Below are positions 1 through 14,948 of a stretch of DNA of 57,604 nucleotides, one piece after another; within the stretch, counting starts at the first letter, position 1, and every line of letters begins with the position of its first letter. A model generated the notes under the pieces. It saw only the letters and a program-made list of their open reading frames with translations, had not been told where the DNA came from and searched no databases. Origin of the DNA: Moniliella sp. 'wahieum' (lineage: Eukaryota); the NCBI GenBank assembly GCA_003971905.1, contig RSEE01000071.1, forward strand, positions 310,001 through 367,604. The letters run 5' to 3'. A program made the translations under genes and the position numbers.

Positions 1-300
1 ACGTAGCGCGCCCGGAGCCGTGGGCGTGGGCAGCGACGAGGGGCACAGCGTCCATGGTAACGCCGGAGGCACGCAAGCAAGCCGCAGCGCCGCGGGCCGA
101 TGGGCGGGTGGGCAGCACGCCAGGCCCGAAAAGATGGGCGGGCGCCGGGCTCGAACCAGGGGGCGCTGCGCCGCCAGTCGTCCGTGCTCGGATGCGGGCA
201 CTGCGCGGCCTGCGGCGGGAAACGACGCCCGGCGAACGCACGTGCCCCAATACCCGCCGCAGCAATTCCCACCCGGCGCCCGAGCAGTGTCGGCGCAATG

Positions 301-309
301 CAACCCTAG
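301..309 (+). promoter_or_regulatory. CAACCCTAG telo-box/Tbf1-like motif upstream of SSB
   Basis: The exact 9-mer also occurs at 4884-4892 (upstream of RVB1) and 34625-34633 (reverse strand, upstream of YRB1). Function is inferred. Confidence 0.4.
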
Positions 310-444
310 TGGCCGCCCCCGCCGCGCCCGCGTCCAGCGCCGCGCCCTCGCCCGGCGCCGCCCGCCCCGCGCCCCGCGCGCGGCCGGCCGGCTTGGCGTT
401 TGCGCCGCCGCGACGCTGTCCTGCTTCCCCCCCTCTGCTCCGCC

Positions 445-2288
<1,844 letters not shown>

Positions 2289-3140
2289 GGTGGTCCAACC
2301 CCTTCTTGCCCCCTGCTGCCCCTCCTCCCTCCCTGGGTCTTGTGTCCTTCCAAAATGTCCTCATCGACTGCCTCTACAGCTAGCTCGCCTGAGGTCCTTC
2401 TAGGCTCCCCATGAATCGCCTTGTGTTCCATGCTCGTTGTTGATACTCTCGTAGCTGGTTGTGTCGCCTGTCAGAGCTCGTAGCCCGGAATGCGTTTTTA
2501 GTTGACGGGGCAACTCAGAAGTCGAACGGATCGTGGGGGGGGGTCAATAGTATCCAATCGCTCGTACCTCCCTGGGCCAGCTATCCCACTTTGTGTCCAG
2601 CCTCTGTTGCGCCATAGACCCAAGAGTCGCTGTAACGAGCGGAGAGAAGACCGACTGTGGCGAGACACATACTTTAGTCTTTCGGGGGCAGATCAACCTG
2701 CCTCAGCCAGGACAATCGCGCGAATCGAGGCGAGCGAAGAGGCAAGGGCAACGGCCGTATTGCGGCTCGGAGGACAGAGAACCACTGAACTAGCGAAACG
2801 GCGTGGGCACAGTGCGTAGGATCAGCGCAACTGAATCGAGACGGACGACTGGCATGATACCTACTAGTAGTAGCGAGACCCCGAGAAACGACGAGCCAAG
2901 GAAAGCTTTCATGCCCAGTGCAGAATTGGGCAAGTGTAGGACGCTGAATTGGGGCAATGCTGCTCCTCATGCCATCGACAGGTCACGCACCTTCCGACGC
3001 CCGGATCCGGTTCACAGAGATCCTTTCCCGAACCGTGTGCTACGCTAGGTGCTACCAAGTACCATGGATCCAAGCCGTCTATGTATTGGTACAATCCAAT
3101 TGGTTTTGGGTGGGGGGGATGGACAAGAGCGACTGACTGA

Positions 3141-4992
<1,852 letters not shown>

Positions 4993-5085
4993 CTAACCGC
5001 TGACAGTGCCTGCTCTGCTCTCCACGCGTCCGCCGCTTGCGTCGGCGCGGACGCCATTCCGAGGGGCGCGCATCGCATGCCGACC

Positions 5086-5996
5086 TCACTCGGCCAGCAG
5101 CACATACTCCCGCGTGCTCGCCCCAAACATAATCACGTCGCCCGACTTGAGCTCGTAGTAGCGCGACGGCGGGACGGCGGTATGGTTGACGTGCGTCTGG
5201 TTGGCCGAGTCGAGGTCGATCACAAACGGACTAGCCACACAGCAAGAGGCACGTGTCAGTCGACCCAGCACAATACGTCACGTCAGGTCTCGCACCAAGC
5301 CACACGGATACGTACCGGACAACACGCTTCTCGTCGCCAAACTCGTTGCGCTCGACGACGAGGCGGAACTGGATGACCGCATGCTGCTTCGAGCACGACG
5401 GATGGTCCAGCGGCACATCCACCACCGTTCGGTCGCGCCCAAACAGGTGGCACGATTGGACGGAGAGCAGGCGCATGTCCAGCTCCTTGCCGTCCTTGAA
5501 CGTGTACAGTCGCCATTCCCGCCGCGGGCCGCCGTGCCTCGGGCGGTTCATGGTACTTCAACGCCACCCCTGCCACATTGTTCGACTCGGCCGCCAACAG
5601 GCCCGATCGCTCAAAGTTGGGACCATGCTCGGCTTCCGCACCCTCGGGCGCTGGATCGGGGCGGGCGGCGACCTCCCTCCTGTCCCGGCACGCGGCGAGC
5701 GGGAGCGGGAGCGGGAGCGGGTTGAGGTGGGCTGTGGGCGCGGCGAAGCGGAGCGATACAGCCCTGGCATCTGGGGGATCGCCTGGTCTCGGCTCTTCCC
5801 GCTCGGATCGGTCGCGGGGAGAGCGGTGGCGATGCCTGTGGGGGCGATCGGAGCGGTCAGAGCGGTGGGGGCGATCGGGGCGGTCGGATCGATGGGGGCG
5901 GTGGGTGCGCTCTAGAGGCCGGTGGGAGGAGGGTGGGTGTCGTGGCGTCGTCTGCGGGCGGCGGGGAGTGTGCCCAGCGGCTGCGGAAGAGACCAT
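5086..5996 (-). CDS. PML1: FHA-domain protein, SNIP1/Pml1 (RES complex) homologue
   Basis: RS/RD-rich N-terminus, PNFERSGLLAAESNNV, LKYHEPPEAR, WRLYTFKDG, GRDR..HPSCSKQHAVIQFR, IDLDSANQT, YYELKSGDVIMFGASTREYVLL. Intron at 5231-5315. Confidence 0.85.
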
Positions 5997-6177
5997 GGGG
6001 GCGGTTAGGCGAAAGAGACTGTCGGAAAGCAGCGACGGGCAGTCCAGCTGGGCCATGGCGTAATCCCCCAGGAGGGGATTGAAATGTACAAACCAGGCAT
6101 CCAATCAGCGTAATCAGCCCCCGTTTAATCAGCGCCATCATTAATCACCCCCTGGCCACCCCCACCCCATCGACGCG

Positions 6178-8786
6178 ATGGACGCCGCTGCGTTCGCGCT
6201 GCACGCCAAGCGCATCCGGCGCGTCCCAGCGACGTCGAGAGCACCGCCGCCAGCTCCTCCAGCGCCCTCAGCACCGCCACCGCCACCTGGCCCGCCCCCG
6301 CCCCCCCCCGCCCCCGCACGCCCGCCGCCGCCCTCGCCCGCCTCGCCGCCCAGACCGCCGCGCTCCTCCTCCTCCTCGCCGCCGGCCTCGTGCTGTCGGG
6401 CCACCTCGTCTCCCTCCCTCGCGCCACGCCCGCCCCCCGCCCCCCCTGGCCCTTCCCCCATGGCGTCACACCCCCCCCCGCCCCCGTCCCCGCCGCCCCG
6501 CACCGCGCCCACCGCCGCCTACGCCCCGCCTACACCGCCTCCACCGCCTTCCCCACCGCCGCCTTTGCCTCCATGCACCGCCCCCCCGCCGGCACCACTG
6601 TCCAGCCGCGCCCGGCGATCCCCAACCTCGTCACCAGCGGCGCTCCTTCTGCCTTCTTCCCCGACCACATTGCCCACCCGTCCATCTTCCCCACGGGCGA
6701 TGCTGCCGAGCACGCCGTCCTGCCCATCCCTTCGTCCGCGCTGCCCGGGCCCGGCCGGCCGCCGTCAGAGGATGAGGCTGTGCGCTCACCGGCAAGCGAT
6801 CGACCGTGCCATCTCGGGCGAGGCAGAGGGCGATGAGTGTGAGCGGTGTCAGGATGCGCTGTTCGCGGTCAACAGCTTGCGCGGCTGTACCCGGCGCGCG
6901 TGCCGGACGTGCTGACGGATCTGTGCGTCGCGTACCAAGCCCAGCGCATGCATGGGCCTGGCAAGCCCCATGCGTCCTTGGCCGAGGCGGAGATGGCGTG
7001 CCGGCGCACCTATGCTGCCTCGACGCTGGGCGGGAGCTATGCGCAGGTCTTGTCCTACGCCCGCCTCGCGCCCGCCAAAGAGGGAGAAGATGCGTCGCCC
7101 GATGGCCAGGCCATCTGCGCCCGCTTCTTGCATGCGTGTCCGGCTCCGCAACCCGCAACGCTGGACAAGGCGTGGCTGGACGAATGGTTCCTCGTCAGGG
7201 GCTGCTGCCGGTAGTGCCTGACGGGTGGTGCAGAGGGAGGCAGAGCGAGCTTGCGGCATGCGGCACGCGTGGCCCAGGGCAACCAACAAACGGTCCATGT
7301 GGCCCACCTTAGTGACGTTCACCTCGACCCGCGCTACATGCCTCAAACAAGGGCGCCTGTACCTCGGGCCAATGTTGTCGCGTGGGCAGTATCAATTCCT
7401 CCCTGTCCACGCCCGTTGGGACGACGGTCGAGCCGCGGGGTACTATGGCGCGTACAAGTGCGACTCGCCCTGGTCCTTGTTTGTCGCCACCATGGAAGCT
7501 GTCCCGGCCATCCTCCCGCCCACGGCCGAATTGGAGCTGAGTCTGTTTACCGGTGACGCAGTGACGCATGAGAACGCAGCGCCGTGGCAGCTGACCCGGG
7601 ACCTGCTCTTTTATACGCAACAAGCCGTCACTGACGTTCTCAAGCGCTGGCTCGGCCCCGGCCCCGTGTACAGTGCGATTGGCAACCCGACAGTGTGCCA
7701 TCGGATTTCGTGCCGCTCGGCCCTCTGCCCGACGGACGGAGGGAAGCGATCCAATGGGAATGGGACAATGTCGCGCGTCTGATCCAATCCAGGGATGGGT
7801 TACGCGCCAGCACGAGGTGGAGCAGATCAAACGCCACCAAGGCGGGTACAGCGTGTTGCATGCGCCCAAAAATGCTCACGACGACCCCGGGTCTACGAAT
7901 CGTGGTACTCAACACGGATGCATGGTACCGTGCCAATCCATTTGCTTACATTGCCTCCACCGCGCCCGATGGCAGTGGCATGCTTCGCTTCCTTACCAAC
8001 GTTCTTGCCCAGCCGAGCAACGAGGTGAAAAAGTGTGGCTTGTAGGGCACGTCCTGCCCGCCTGGTCCGGTACCAACTCGCTCGACAATCCCACCCAGCT
8101 GGCGCATGCTATCCTCGACCGTTTCGCCCACCCGTTGCCGGCAGCTTCTTGGTCATACGCACGAAGACCAGTTCTCGGTCCTGTACCCCTTCTCCTCTGG
8201 CCCGCAAAGCAGGCGGACGAGCACGCCGGCCTGACCAACTCGACCGCCCACGAAGCCAAGGGGCCATCTTCATGGCGCCCTCCATTACGCCCGGGTCGAA
8301 TGTCAACCGGCGTTCCGGTGTACGAGGTGGACCGGCACACGTGGCAGGTGGTGGACTATACGCAATTTTATGCCCAGTTGGCCGATGTGTCGTACAATGC
8401 CACGGCGCAGCAGACCCAGCAACAGCCGCCGCTGGTCTGGAGAAAACTCTACTCGCGCGGGAACAGTTTGGATCGTTCCCAGCGTCCCGGGCGGCAGGTA
8501 CGTACGCCGCGCCTGTAGCGCTGGACGTACATGCACACTGGCCCTCTGGCGCCCCGCTCAACGGGACCTTCTGGGCCGCCGTGACGGACGAGATGCGCGC
8601 CAACTTGACGCTGGTCACGGAGCACACGCGGCTTAGCGGACGCCTCTCGCCTCGCCAGCCCAGCTGCACCTCACGCGCCTGTCAGGAAGCCAAGATCTGC
8701 TCATGCGTGCTGGCAATGCGGTCCAAGGCCAGGCCTGTCCCCAAGGCTACGACTCTGTCCAGTCCGGACCCGACTCGTACCACTGA
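6178..8786 (+). CDS. Acid sphingomyelinase-like metallophosphoesterase
   Basis: Calcineurin-like motifs HLSDVHLDPRY, YKCDSPWSL, LFTGDAVTH, SAIGN(H), WLVGHV, GHTHEDQF and PSITP. Upstream are a Cys-containing saposin-like region and a hydrophobic LLLLLAAGLVL segment. Many frameshifts; start codon uncertain. Confidence 0.85.
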
Positions 8787-8895
8787 TCGTGTCGTTATGT
8801 CTAGGTGTTTTTTTTTCCGAGGCATGCCACTCGTTGCGGGGCATTGTGGGCCCGCTACATGGCCCACACGCCCTTCATTTATGCATTCCCTCTAG

Positions 8896-10907
8896 TCAGC
8901 GGATACTTATAGCGCTTAGTCTTCTTGGCGGGGAGGAGGGGGGGGCAGGGCGTGTCATGGGCGTTGGCGTAGACGTTGAGGTTGGGGTAGACGTGGACGT
9001 GGACGTGGACGTGGACGTTGACGTTGACGCCGGGGTTGGGGTTGAGGATGGGTTGAGGATGGCATAGGCCGACGAGGAGCGCGCGGGCGTAGCCAAGCGT
9101 TGCGGTGGGGCGGTGGTGAAGCGGTGGCGGTAGCGGAGGGCGGGGCAGGCCTGCGCTTACCCTCGTCGCCGATCGAGGAGGAAGAAGTGGAGCTGGGAAG
9201 GTAGCGAGCGAGGAAGTACTGAATCCCTGGGGAGAAGGAGCGCGGGCCGGCCGCGCGGGAGTAGCAGCGACACCGTGAGAAGTGATGAGCGCCATGCGCG
9301 CCCGTACCTTTTCCCGCTCCGCACGGTTTCTCATCCTCCACCTCTTCGTGCTTGGGGATGCGCTTGTTGGGCGAAGCTCGAACGGGTCCGGGTCCGGCTC
9401 GGGCGGGCGGGGCGGGACCGAGCAACGAAGAGGGCAGAAGCGAACGCCAGTCGATCGACCCTTTGGACGTGTGGGTTGGCCTGCCGCCGCGCGTGGGGTC
9501 CGCGGCGCGGGGCGGGCAGCAGCAGGTGCCGAGGACGCGGAGGACGCCGAGGGGGTCGAAGGCAGGACCTTGATATTCTCCGAGTCACCCAAGAGCGCAT
9601 ACCCTTCCTGGTTGTTAATTTGGTCCACCATCTTGGACATGCACAGCGTCAAGTCCTCGTTGGTCTGCTTCAACTGAGCCGTCACCTCCTTGAGCCGCAT
9701 GTTTTCCTTCCTCCAGTCCGGCCATGCGCTCGTCCAGCCCCAGCTGCGTCTCGTCCGCCAACGAAACTTGGCCCACGTCGAGGTCAGTAAGACGCGACCC
9801 ATCCCCATCCCCATCCCCATCCCCGTCCTCCGCCCGAGCCTCCCTGCCCGACAAGAACGGCTCGTGGTCGCTGACCAATCTGTGCTCGAGGAGCCGCTGG
9901 AGACTTCGCATTGCTTTGAGCTCGAGGTTGTCTTCGCGCAACGCTCGGATCTGCGTGTCGGACGACTGCAGCGACGCCTCGAGGCGGGCATGCATCACAT
10001 GGGCCGCCTCTAGCTCCGCACGCAGCTCCGACTCTTCCAAAAGCGCGGTGGTGGTGGACGCTGGGCTAGATGCGCGCGTTGGTGGGGCACTCTCCAACGC
10101 CGCTGCCACGCTACTGGTTCGGGCGGCGCGTTCGGCCTCGCGCCGCGCCGCGGCCAACTCTTTGCGCAACTTGTCCGTCTGACTCGAAGCGATCTGTTTG
10201 TGCTTGGTCGCAGCGCGTTCGGCATCAAGCGCAAGCTGACGTTCGTGGTCCAGTGCCGCCTGGGCCTCAGCCAAGGCCTTGTCTGACTCGGTGGCCTTGC
10301 GCACAGCCAAGTGGGTTTGCCGTTCGCCTTCTTCCACGCGCGTGCCATCTCCACCATTTGGGTCTCGGTCGTAGCTTGCACCTCAAACATGTCGCTCAAC
10401 TGCGCTTCTTGGGCGCGGATTTCCGAGCGCAGCTCCGCAACCCGGTCCATGCTCGCCTCGTATTCCCGTGCACCGAGGCAAGGTCGGACCGGAGACCATC
10501 CAACTCGGCCTGCTGGTCGGCCCGGTTGGCTTCAAGCTACAGCAGGGCATGGCAGGAACGGCAGGGCAAACAAGCCAAGAGGGGGAGGTTAGTGGGGGGG
10601 AGGGAGGGTGAGCTGTTGCCCAAGAAAGACAGAACGAAAGAAAAGAAAACCAGGCAAGAAACGCACCTCGTCAAACTGGGCCTTGAGGCGCCCGAGGACA
10701 AGAAGAATGCCATCACGGTCCACGCCTCGAGGGCGTGGCGGAGATCGTCGAGGCTGAGTTCGGGCTCGGGTTCCGTGTCGGGCTCTTCGTCAGCAGCGAC
10801 AAGCGGCAGCGAACGGTCGGCCAGATGCGTCGCCTCGCTTTCCTCTGCAGGTGGGTCAGGCGAGGGAGAGCCACCAGGGGCGGCAGGCTGGGGAGGGTGT
10901 GTGGCAT
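8896..10907 (-). CDS. Coiled-coil protein of unknown function with Pro/Ser-rich C-terminus
   Basis: Heptad-rich ORF pieces 10010-10450, 9615-10337 and 8879-9991. Intron about 10538-10666 (GTGCGT...CTAAC...TAG). Frameshifted. Confidence 0.6.
8990..9030. repeat. (GACGTG/GACGTT)n hexamer microsatellite
   Basis: Directly visible; encodes an ST repeat in the minus-strand gene. Confidence 0.85.
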
Positions 10908-10921
10908 GGCCAGCGACGACA

Positions 10922-10969
10922 GCGATGGCGATGGCGATGGCGATGGCGATGGCGATGGCGATGGCGATG
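10922..10969. repeat. (GCGATG)8 hexamer microsatellite
   Basis: Perfect tandem run about 15 bp upstream of the minus-strand ATG at 10907. Confidence 0.9.
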
Positions 10970-11145
10970 GGGACGGCGCTTCTCTTCTCTTTCGCTCGCC
11001 GCACGCCCGTTTTCAGTGGCGTGAGATGGTGGTGGGTGTGGCAGGCAAAAAACTTTAATAATGGACGCAGGCGGCGGCAGCAAGTCGTAGTAGTAGTCGC
11101 ATTGGCTGGCACGTGGGTGGGATGGCAGCAGCAGTCCCTTCGCCG

Positions 11146-11196
11146 CCATGTACCATGCTCGCCATGCTCACCATGCTCACCATGCTCACCACGCTC
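11146..11196. repeat. (CCATGCTCA)n 9-mer tandem repeat
   Basis: About 4-5 imperfect copies in the divergent promoter/5' region. Confidence 0.75.
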
Positions 11197-11456
11197 CTTA
11201 CGTGGAAGCTTGCCTCACCACTCACCACCTCCGGCCCGGTCCAGAGAACCTGCCGGCCATGTCCCCACCGCTGGCCGCCCCATTCTGTCCTAGTTCTCAC
11301 TGCCCCCATGCAGTCAGCGTCCAAGTCGGAGCAAGACCACCCCGATCACGACGCCGGCCTCCCAAACCAATCTCGCCCCTTCTTTTCCTCCATTTCGGCC
11401 CTTTCCAACCCAACGTCCTTGCTCGCGGGTGCCTCCCTCCCTCCCCTGTTTCCGAC

Positions 11457-12880
11457 ATGGTCGTCGCAGCACAGCAGGCACTGCGATCGCTCTGGGAAGC
11501 GGCGCAGTTACCCCTCCCCGTACTCTCCCAATGTCTGCTACCCGGTGAGGAGCCGGGCGTAGGTTCCTCCTTTGCCGTTGCCACTGCCGCCCAGACATCG
11601 CTGGCTGCTGCTGCCTCGGCTGCCCTGCTCTTGGGCCACGATCGCTTATCCGACCGGTCCCCCAGCCGTGCCTTGCCTACGGTCACCGTCCCCTCGTGCA
11701 TGCGGCGGTGGAGTGCAGCTCCTACTTTAGTCCGCGCGGCGTTTCTCCCGACGCTTGGGACCCCATCTCGGGCACGTACTTATGTGGCGATGGTCGTTGG
11801 GTCCGAATCCACGCCAACTTTGCCCATCACCGCGACGGTGCATTGGCCCTGCTTGGTTTGCGGCAGGAGCGCAAACGACGAAAGAGGAGGTGGCGCGGGC
11901 ACTGGAAACGTGGTCAGCGCACGAGTTTGAGCAAGCCGCCTCGGAACGCGGCTTGGTGGTAGCTGCGATGCGTACGTTTAGCCAATGGGATGCCCATCCG
12001 CACGCGTCGTTTGTGCAAGCGCAACCGTTAGTTCGCCTCACCCGGATTGGCCCGGCGCCCGCGCGGAGGCTACCCCCCCCCCGAACGCAGGCGATCCACT
12101 GCTCAAGGGCATCCGCGTGCTCGACCTCACCCGGATCATTGCCGGCCCCACGGCAGGACGCACCTTGGCGACGTATGGAGCCGAGGTGATGCTCTCAACT
12201 CGCCATTCTTGCCCAACATCCCGCACCTTGCCCTGCTCAGCCAGGGAAGCTCTGGCCCATGTGGACCTCGACACGGAGGAGGGCAAGCAGTCCTTACGTT
12301 CGCTGCTCGCGCTACCCATATCGTGCTGCAAGCGTACCGCCCAGGCGCGTTGGCCGCGCGCGGATTCGGGCCGGAGCAAGTCGCGTCGCAGTGCCCGGGG
12401 GTGGTGTACGTGTCCTTACGGCGTATGGGCGGACGGGCCGTGGGCGTCGAAGCGGGGGTTTGATTCGTTGGTCAGACGGCGATGGGCTTCAATGCGGCGG
12501 AAGGCGAGGCGGGCAGGACGAGGGATCCCAAGCCGCTGCCGGTGCAGATCTTGGACTATGCAAAGGCTACCTCATGGCGTTTGGCGCCTTGGCCGCTCTC
12601 CACCACCAACTCCATACTGGCGGCAGTTGGCATGTGGAAGTTTCTCTGGCCAGGACGGCGTTGTGGCTGCGCTCGCTCGCGGCCGCGTGCCCGACGGAGC
12701 TCGCCACGCCCTGGCCGTCGTTCGACCGTACTTGCCACCAGCGCCTCGGGCTGGGGCGGCGACATGACGTTTGTCCGCCATGCCGCTGCGTTTTCACCGC
12801 CGCCTGCTGGGGCCGGGGACGTGCGTCGTTCTGTGCCCCCCGGAACCCATGCGCCCGTCTGGCCCCAAGCGTCGGACTGA
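11457..12880 (+). CDS. CoA-transferase family III (CaiB/BaiF-like)
   Basis: SSFAVATAAQ, WVRIHANFAHHRDGAL, LKGIRVLDLTRIIAGPTAGRTLATYGAEV, QAYRPGAL, GPWASKRGFDSLV, LPVQILDYA, GGSWHVEVSLARTA. Intronless and frameshifted. Confidence 0.9.
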
Positions 12881-13234
12881 GCCGAGCGGGTGATGCGATG
12901 GATTGATGTTTGCCGATTGCCCCCGGCCTGTTCTTGGACCATGGGTGGTGCGCACAGGCCATCCCCACCTGCTCGTAGCGCGTCCTGGTAATCCTCTAAG
13001 ATCTAAGTCATTAACCTCTTCATCATGCGCATTGGCGCAGGATAAGATAATCACGCATTCCGACTCACCGATTGTCGCCCCTTGTTTCAATGTTGCACCG
13101 CCATGCGCCGCAAATTTTTGTTGCACCGAACGCCGCGTCGCTGCTGCCCACGGCCGCCTCGGCCATCTTCGTCCGGCAGGCCCGACCCCCATCACCACCC
13201 CCACCACACCGCCCTCCCCCTCTCGTCCGGCGCG

Positions 13235-14645
13235 ATGCCATCTGGCAAGTCGAAGAATGTCCACCCCGTCAGCGTGCACGGGGGCAATGTGTCCCACATT
13301 GGGAACAGATGAAGCGCAACCAGCTGGTGCAGGCGTACAAGGGAAGAAAAAGGACAAGTTGAAGCGCCGCAAGGCGTTGGTCAAGGCTGAGCGCCTGGGC
13401 GGCGAAGGGAAAGCAGCTCCGCGCCGAACGTTTGGCCACCAACATTCCTCGCACCATTGAAAATACGCGTGCGTACAACCCTACCATTCTCAACGCGCCC
13501 AACACCCACCCTGGCCGGAGCAACTGGCCAACCGGCCAGCCAAAGCCAGGCCCGGCCCCCAGTCCGAACCCCGCTCTGGTTCCGACGACAGTGACTCGGA
13601 GGACGGGTCAGGGAGCGAAGTGGAGGAGGCGGAGGAAGATGAAGGTTCTGCGCCGCGAACAGGATCGTCCCATGCTCGTGTTCAGGATGAGGATGAGGAT
13701 GAGGATGAGGATGGGAGTGAAGGGGAAGGGAGAGGACGAGAGGGAAGAAGAGGAGGAGGACGAAGATGAAGATCCTCATGCACCACTGTATTTATTACCA
13801 TCTCGACAAAGCAACTCGATTGTACCGCACGCGCCTTCGCTCAAAACCGTGCGCGTCCGTACGAGCGTAAGCGGATGTATCAAGGACCTGCTCAATGTGT
13901 TCCCGGAGGAGCGGAGTACGTGCGCGTGGCAAAGCCAAAGGTGTGGCGCTGGGAACAATGCAGGAGGGCAAGGAAACGAGGGTACGACGCCAGGTTGGGT
14001 AGTTGGGGGAATATATCAAAGCGCCGGCACTTGAACCATCATCAAGTTGCCTCAGGGTCCCACGGCGTTTTTCCGTCTTACGGGACTGCAACTGTGTCAA
14101 GAAGTAGCCAACCACGGAGTTTCGACAGGCCACACACCCGAACTGATCCTCAACAACTTTACCACCGCACTAGGTCACTCGGTGGGCAAAATGCTGCAAT
14201 CTTTGTTCCCAGCCATCCCGCAGCTGGAAGGGCGACAAGTCGTCACCGCTCACAACCAGGTGACTATATCTTTTCCGTCGGGCACCGGTACATGTTTGCC
14301 TCGGCCGACAAGGCGCGGCTGCAAGAAATTGGGCCTCGGTTCACGTTGAAGTTACGCTCGCTGAAGAACAGTTGCCAAGGGCGCCGGACGTGGGACGGGG
14401 TGATTGATTATGGGCGATGGACATGTAGTGTACACCAAGCATGCGGCCCAGCCGCCCCGGGTGCGGGTGCGGGGGCAGGGGGTAGAGGACGACGACGAAG
14501 AGGAAAGAGAAAAAGCCGCGCTGGCCGAGCTCGAAGCTGGCTATGCTGCCCCGGCACCGCCAAGCCTTCCGAGGCAGAGAGGTGGGGGAGTCGAGTTCCA
14601 GTGGCAAACAAATGTCCGTGTCGAGCGCCAACTTTCTTCTTATGA
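13235..14645 (+). CDS. RPF1: Brix-domain ribosome biogenesis factor Rpf1
   Basis: NIPRTIENTR, IKLPQGPTAFFRLT, HGVSTGHTPELILNNFTTALGHSVG, GRQVVTAHNQ, RYMF, LQEIGPRFTLKLR. Acidic insert; frameshifts. Confidence 0.85.
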
Positions 14646-14948
14646 TCATAATATTGCCATGTCTTTTTTTGCACACCCCTCGTTCAAGCTTCATCATCGT
14701 CATCCTTCATTTTGTCATGTGCACTTTGCTTCAGTAGCGGCTTGGCCCTTCCTCTAGCCTCTTTCGGCCATCCGCGGGTGGGAGATAAGGTCAATGGGTG
14801 GTAGGAGACAAGGGGGTAAGATGTTTTCAAATAAGCGCAAGCGGTTAACTTGGTGCAATGATACTCCTCCCATTTCCCCTCGTATCCATCCCATCATCCA
14901 TCATTACCATCCCTTTCGCCTAACCCACGCTCGCACTCACAAAAATCA

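Noticed and set aside
1..55. Possible start of a minus-strand gene (ACC-ATG-G, MDAVPSSLPTP...) running off the left edge
   Set aside because: Only 18 codons are visible and there is no homology evidence.
130..260. tRNA-like feature on the minus strand (GGTTCGAGCC B-box, possible acceptor pairing, TCTTTT)
   Set aside because: No D-arm/A-box or anticodon arm, and the T-stem is imperfect. The pairing is expected by chance in very GC-rich DNA.
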